Shown here: one piece after another, positions 61,622 through 64,000 of the stretch
Layout: the number at the start of each line of letters is the position of its first letter
Numbering within the stretch: the stretch's first letter is position 1
From: Ramazzottius varieornatus
Lineage: Eukaryota; Animalia; Tardigrada
DNA length: 64,000 nucleotides
Direction of reading: 5' to 3'
NCBI GenBank assembly: GCA_001949185.1
Contig: BDGG01000007.1
Span: forward strand, 2,278,112 to 2,342,111
Position numbers and translations under genes: made by a program
The notes under the pieces: generated by a model
What the model was told of the DNA's origin: nothing
Databases searched by the model: none
Seen by the model: only the letters and a program-made list of their open reading frames with translations

Positions 61622-63776
61622 CTATTTCTTTTCGGCCAAAAACATCCCCCAAGCTTGGTCTCCAGCTTGGCATCGCCGAGTTTTGGCAGACCATCCGTTG
61701 ACGATTTCGTCGTAATCGGCTTGCGAGAAGTCGCGGAGAAAGTCGCTTTCTTGAGTTTCGAACTCTGCCAGTTCTACCCGTAGAATGTTGACGAACTGCT
61801 TTGTTCGATCCTCAGCCTTGACGTTGACGAAGCCAACTTCCTCCAGCAACTGCAAAATCGCACTGTCGTACCTACTCTGTCTGTCGTACTCGGCGAAAAT
61901 TGAGGGAAAAAAGTTCATACCTTGCCGTAATCTGCTACGGTGAGCAATTTGTAACCGCGCTGTTTTACATAGTCTTTGAACTCTTCGGAATGTTCCTTCT
62001 CACCGCAACAGTAGTCCGTAATGAAGAATTGACCACCAGGCTTCAAACATCTCTGCAGAAAAGAGCAGCGATTTGTTGGTAGCTCGGCACACGCCCTCGA
62101 CAAGATCTTTTCCCAAGTGGCGCACGTGTGCAGTGTTACTGGCCGAAAGAGTGCGCCACTTGACTAAACGATCTTGTTGGGTTGGCTTGCTACGCTCCCA
62201 CATGGTCCAGAGAATGCAGGAACTCACAAACAGAATCTCGAAGAGTCGTCGCTTGTCATCGATATGCAGGATGACATCCCGACTGTAAACCAAATCATAC
62301 GAGTCAGGTTCGAAGGGTTTCGTCATGACATTGCATATCTCAAAGTCGACGCCATGGAAGTTCCCTTCTCGACGGCGCTGGATGCCGATAGAAATCATGT
62401 TGGAAGATAGATCGACGCCATGAACGTGGACACCGTATTCCTGAAATAACAACGAAAAACCGTTTCAATTCGGAAAAGAGAAGTCACGACCGGATAAAGG
62501 ATTACTTGAGCCATGAAGAAAGCGCTTCCGCCAATACCGCACCCCACATCCAAGACCTTCTGTCCTCTTTGCAGATGGAATAATCGACAGAACTCCATGG
62601 TGGTATGATCGCCGCCTGTGCTGACATAGCGATGGCCAAAGACCTTCTCGTACTTTAGAATACCCTTCTTCGAGTATTGCTGTGCATCAAGAAACACCTG
62701 AAGCTTCTTTTCAGGCGTGTCGGAGGAAACTTTGATGTACTTCCATGTCACTTCCTGCTTCCCCCCAACCTACAACACAGCAGATGATTTGCTAAAGCGT
62801 AGAAGGTAACCGGCACAGATTTTTCGAACATACGGGGTCAGGTGCGGATGCAGAAACGAGTTGAAGTCCTTCCTTTCCGGAAGAAGAGGTGGCAGTGTTC
62901 AGAAGCGCGCAAGTGGTCGCCACGTCCCGGAAGTAAAAATGGTCGGTCAAGTCCTCCTCTGAAAACGATATAGATACGACTGTAAGGGCGCGAAAACTCA
63001 GTCAACAGCCGGAAAGATAAGAGGTAGAGTAACCTGAACGACTTCCGTGAAGATATTCGCGCATGAGCAAGGTGCCTCCTGTCCGTAGAGCATTCACGCA
63101 GCCGTTGATGAGCGTGCGAAAGGCGTCGCTGTCCAGATGGTTGGATACGTGATCGATAGCCACGACGTCCTTGCTGGAATAAAGTGAGAGAAAGGTAAAA
63201 GGAAGGTCCATGACAAGAAAATACGGATTGCAATAGTTTGCGGGCCGCGGTAAACCTTTCCGCCGGTGAAGTCACGTGGAGGACAGAGCTGTCGCCTTCA
63301 TTCTGCAGCTTCCTTCCCTTCTCCTCTCCATCCTCGGTCTTCTTCCCACCGTCTTTTACCTTACTCTTGGACAAAATAGGACAGATCTTTAGATTTTCGA
63401 GTGAGCGAACCGGCCGGATGATTTTGGAGAACGAGTGTAAACTGCAAAGAAACCGATGCAAAAATAACTTGAGCGCGACGTTAGCCTGGAACCATTAAAC
63501 ATTGGGTAGGGCGTGACGTAGAGGCGCGGATTGAACGAGCAAATTACACAAACGGTATCATCCGATCAAGCACCTGTTCATGGGGCCGAGAAACAGCAGA
63601 TCCTTCTTTTCCAGGCCGATCTCGCACAAGGCATCGTAGAAGCCATCCGCGATGTCTTCTTCGTTCAGTCGATCGCAACTGGTGCTGTCTTTACGCTCGG
63701 ACTCCTGCCGGTCAATGTGGCCCAGTTTGATCAGCGTGTTGAGCAGCTGAGCACGCTTGTCGGAGATTGTAGCCAT
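61622..63776 (-). CDS. PMT: Phosphoethanolamine N-methyltransferase (PEAMT/PMT), multi-exon; start tentative
   Basis: FLDAQQYSKKGILKYEKVFG..YVSTGG, VLDVGCGIGG, HGVDLSSNM, YSRDVILHI, LKPGGQFFITDYC, IVNGWSAK...QAWGMF. Confidence 0.9.
62075..62203. repeat. Full copy of the intronic palindromic repeat (PMT intron)
   Basis: AGCTCGGC...CTCGACAAGATCTTTTCCCAAGTGGCGCAC-N25-GTGCGCCACTTGACTAAACGATCTTG...GCTCCCAC. Confidence 0.85.
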
Positions 63777-63859
63777 AGTAGTGTCCGATCAGCAGATGGG
63801 TAATCCGGTCTCCTTCTACAGCACTCTGACAGACAGTAAAGACGATTACGCCAGCGTTC

Positions 63860-63998
63860 TTGGGGAGTTTTGGGGGTTTTGGGGGGTTTTGGGGGGTTTT
63901 GGGGGGTTTTGGGGGGTTTTGGGGGTTTGGGGGGTTTTGGGGGGTTTGGGGGGTTTTGGGGGGTTTGGGGGGTTTGGGGGGTTTGGGGGGTTTGGGGG
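63860..63998 (+). repeat. T3-4G5-6 tandem array (telomere-like, G-quadruplex-forming)
   Basis: About 15 units of TTTTGGGGGG/TTTGGGGGG. Confidence 0.9.
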
Positions 63999-64000
63999 AT

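Overview
Compact, intron-rich invertebrate nuclear DNA. It is probably a eutardigrade, inferred from the nad1-trnL2-trnI-trnL1 order in the embedded mitochondrial copy. Gene-dense blocks encode an HSD17B12/KAR-type SDR, TAF11, mitochondrial TyrRS, MRPL55, DPH2, KDM3, NADP-IDH, a peripherin-type tetraspanin, two secreted low-complexity proteins, tRNA-Gly, DPP3, a truncated FASTK-like protein, NCoR/SMRTER and a phosphoethanolamine methyltransferase. The main structural surprise is 37521-48028: a rearranged, decayed mitochondrial copy (NUMT) lies wholly between the terminal inverted repeats (TIRs) and 8-bp target-site duplication (TSD) of a hAT-type element. A 581-bp cargo-free relative of that element sits at 14254-14834. 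The NUMT has itself been hit by pogo, hAT and CRE elements. The second signal is a ~130-bp palindromic repeat (TGGCGCAC-N25-GTGCGCCA core) present as monomers to trimers in introns of many of the housekeeping genes. A decayed CR1-like LINE follows the NUMT and a T3-4G5-6 array ends the window. Exon boundaries were read by eye and are approximate unless stated.
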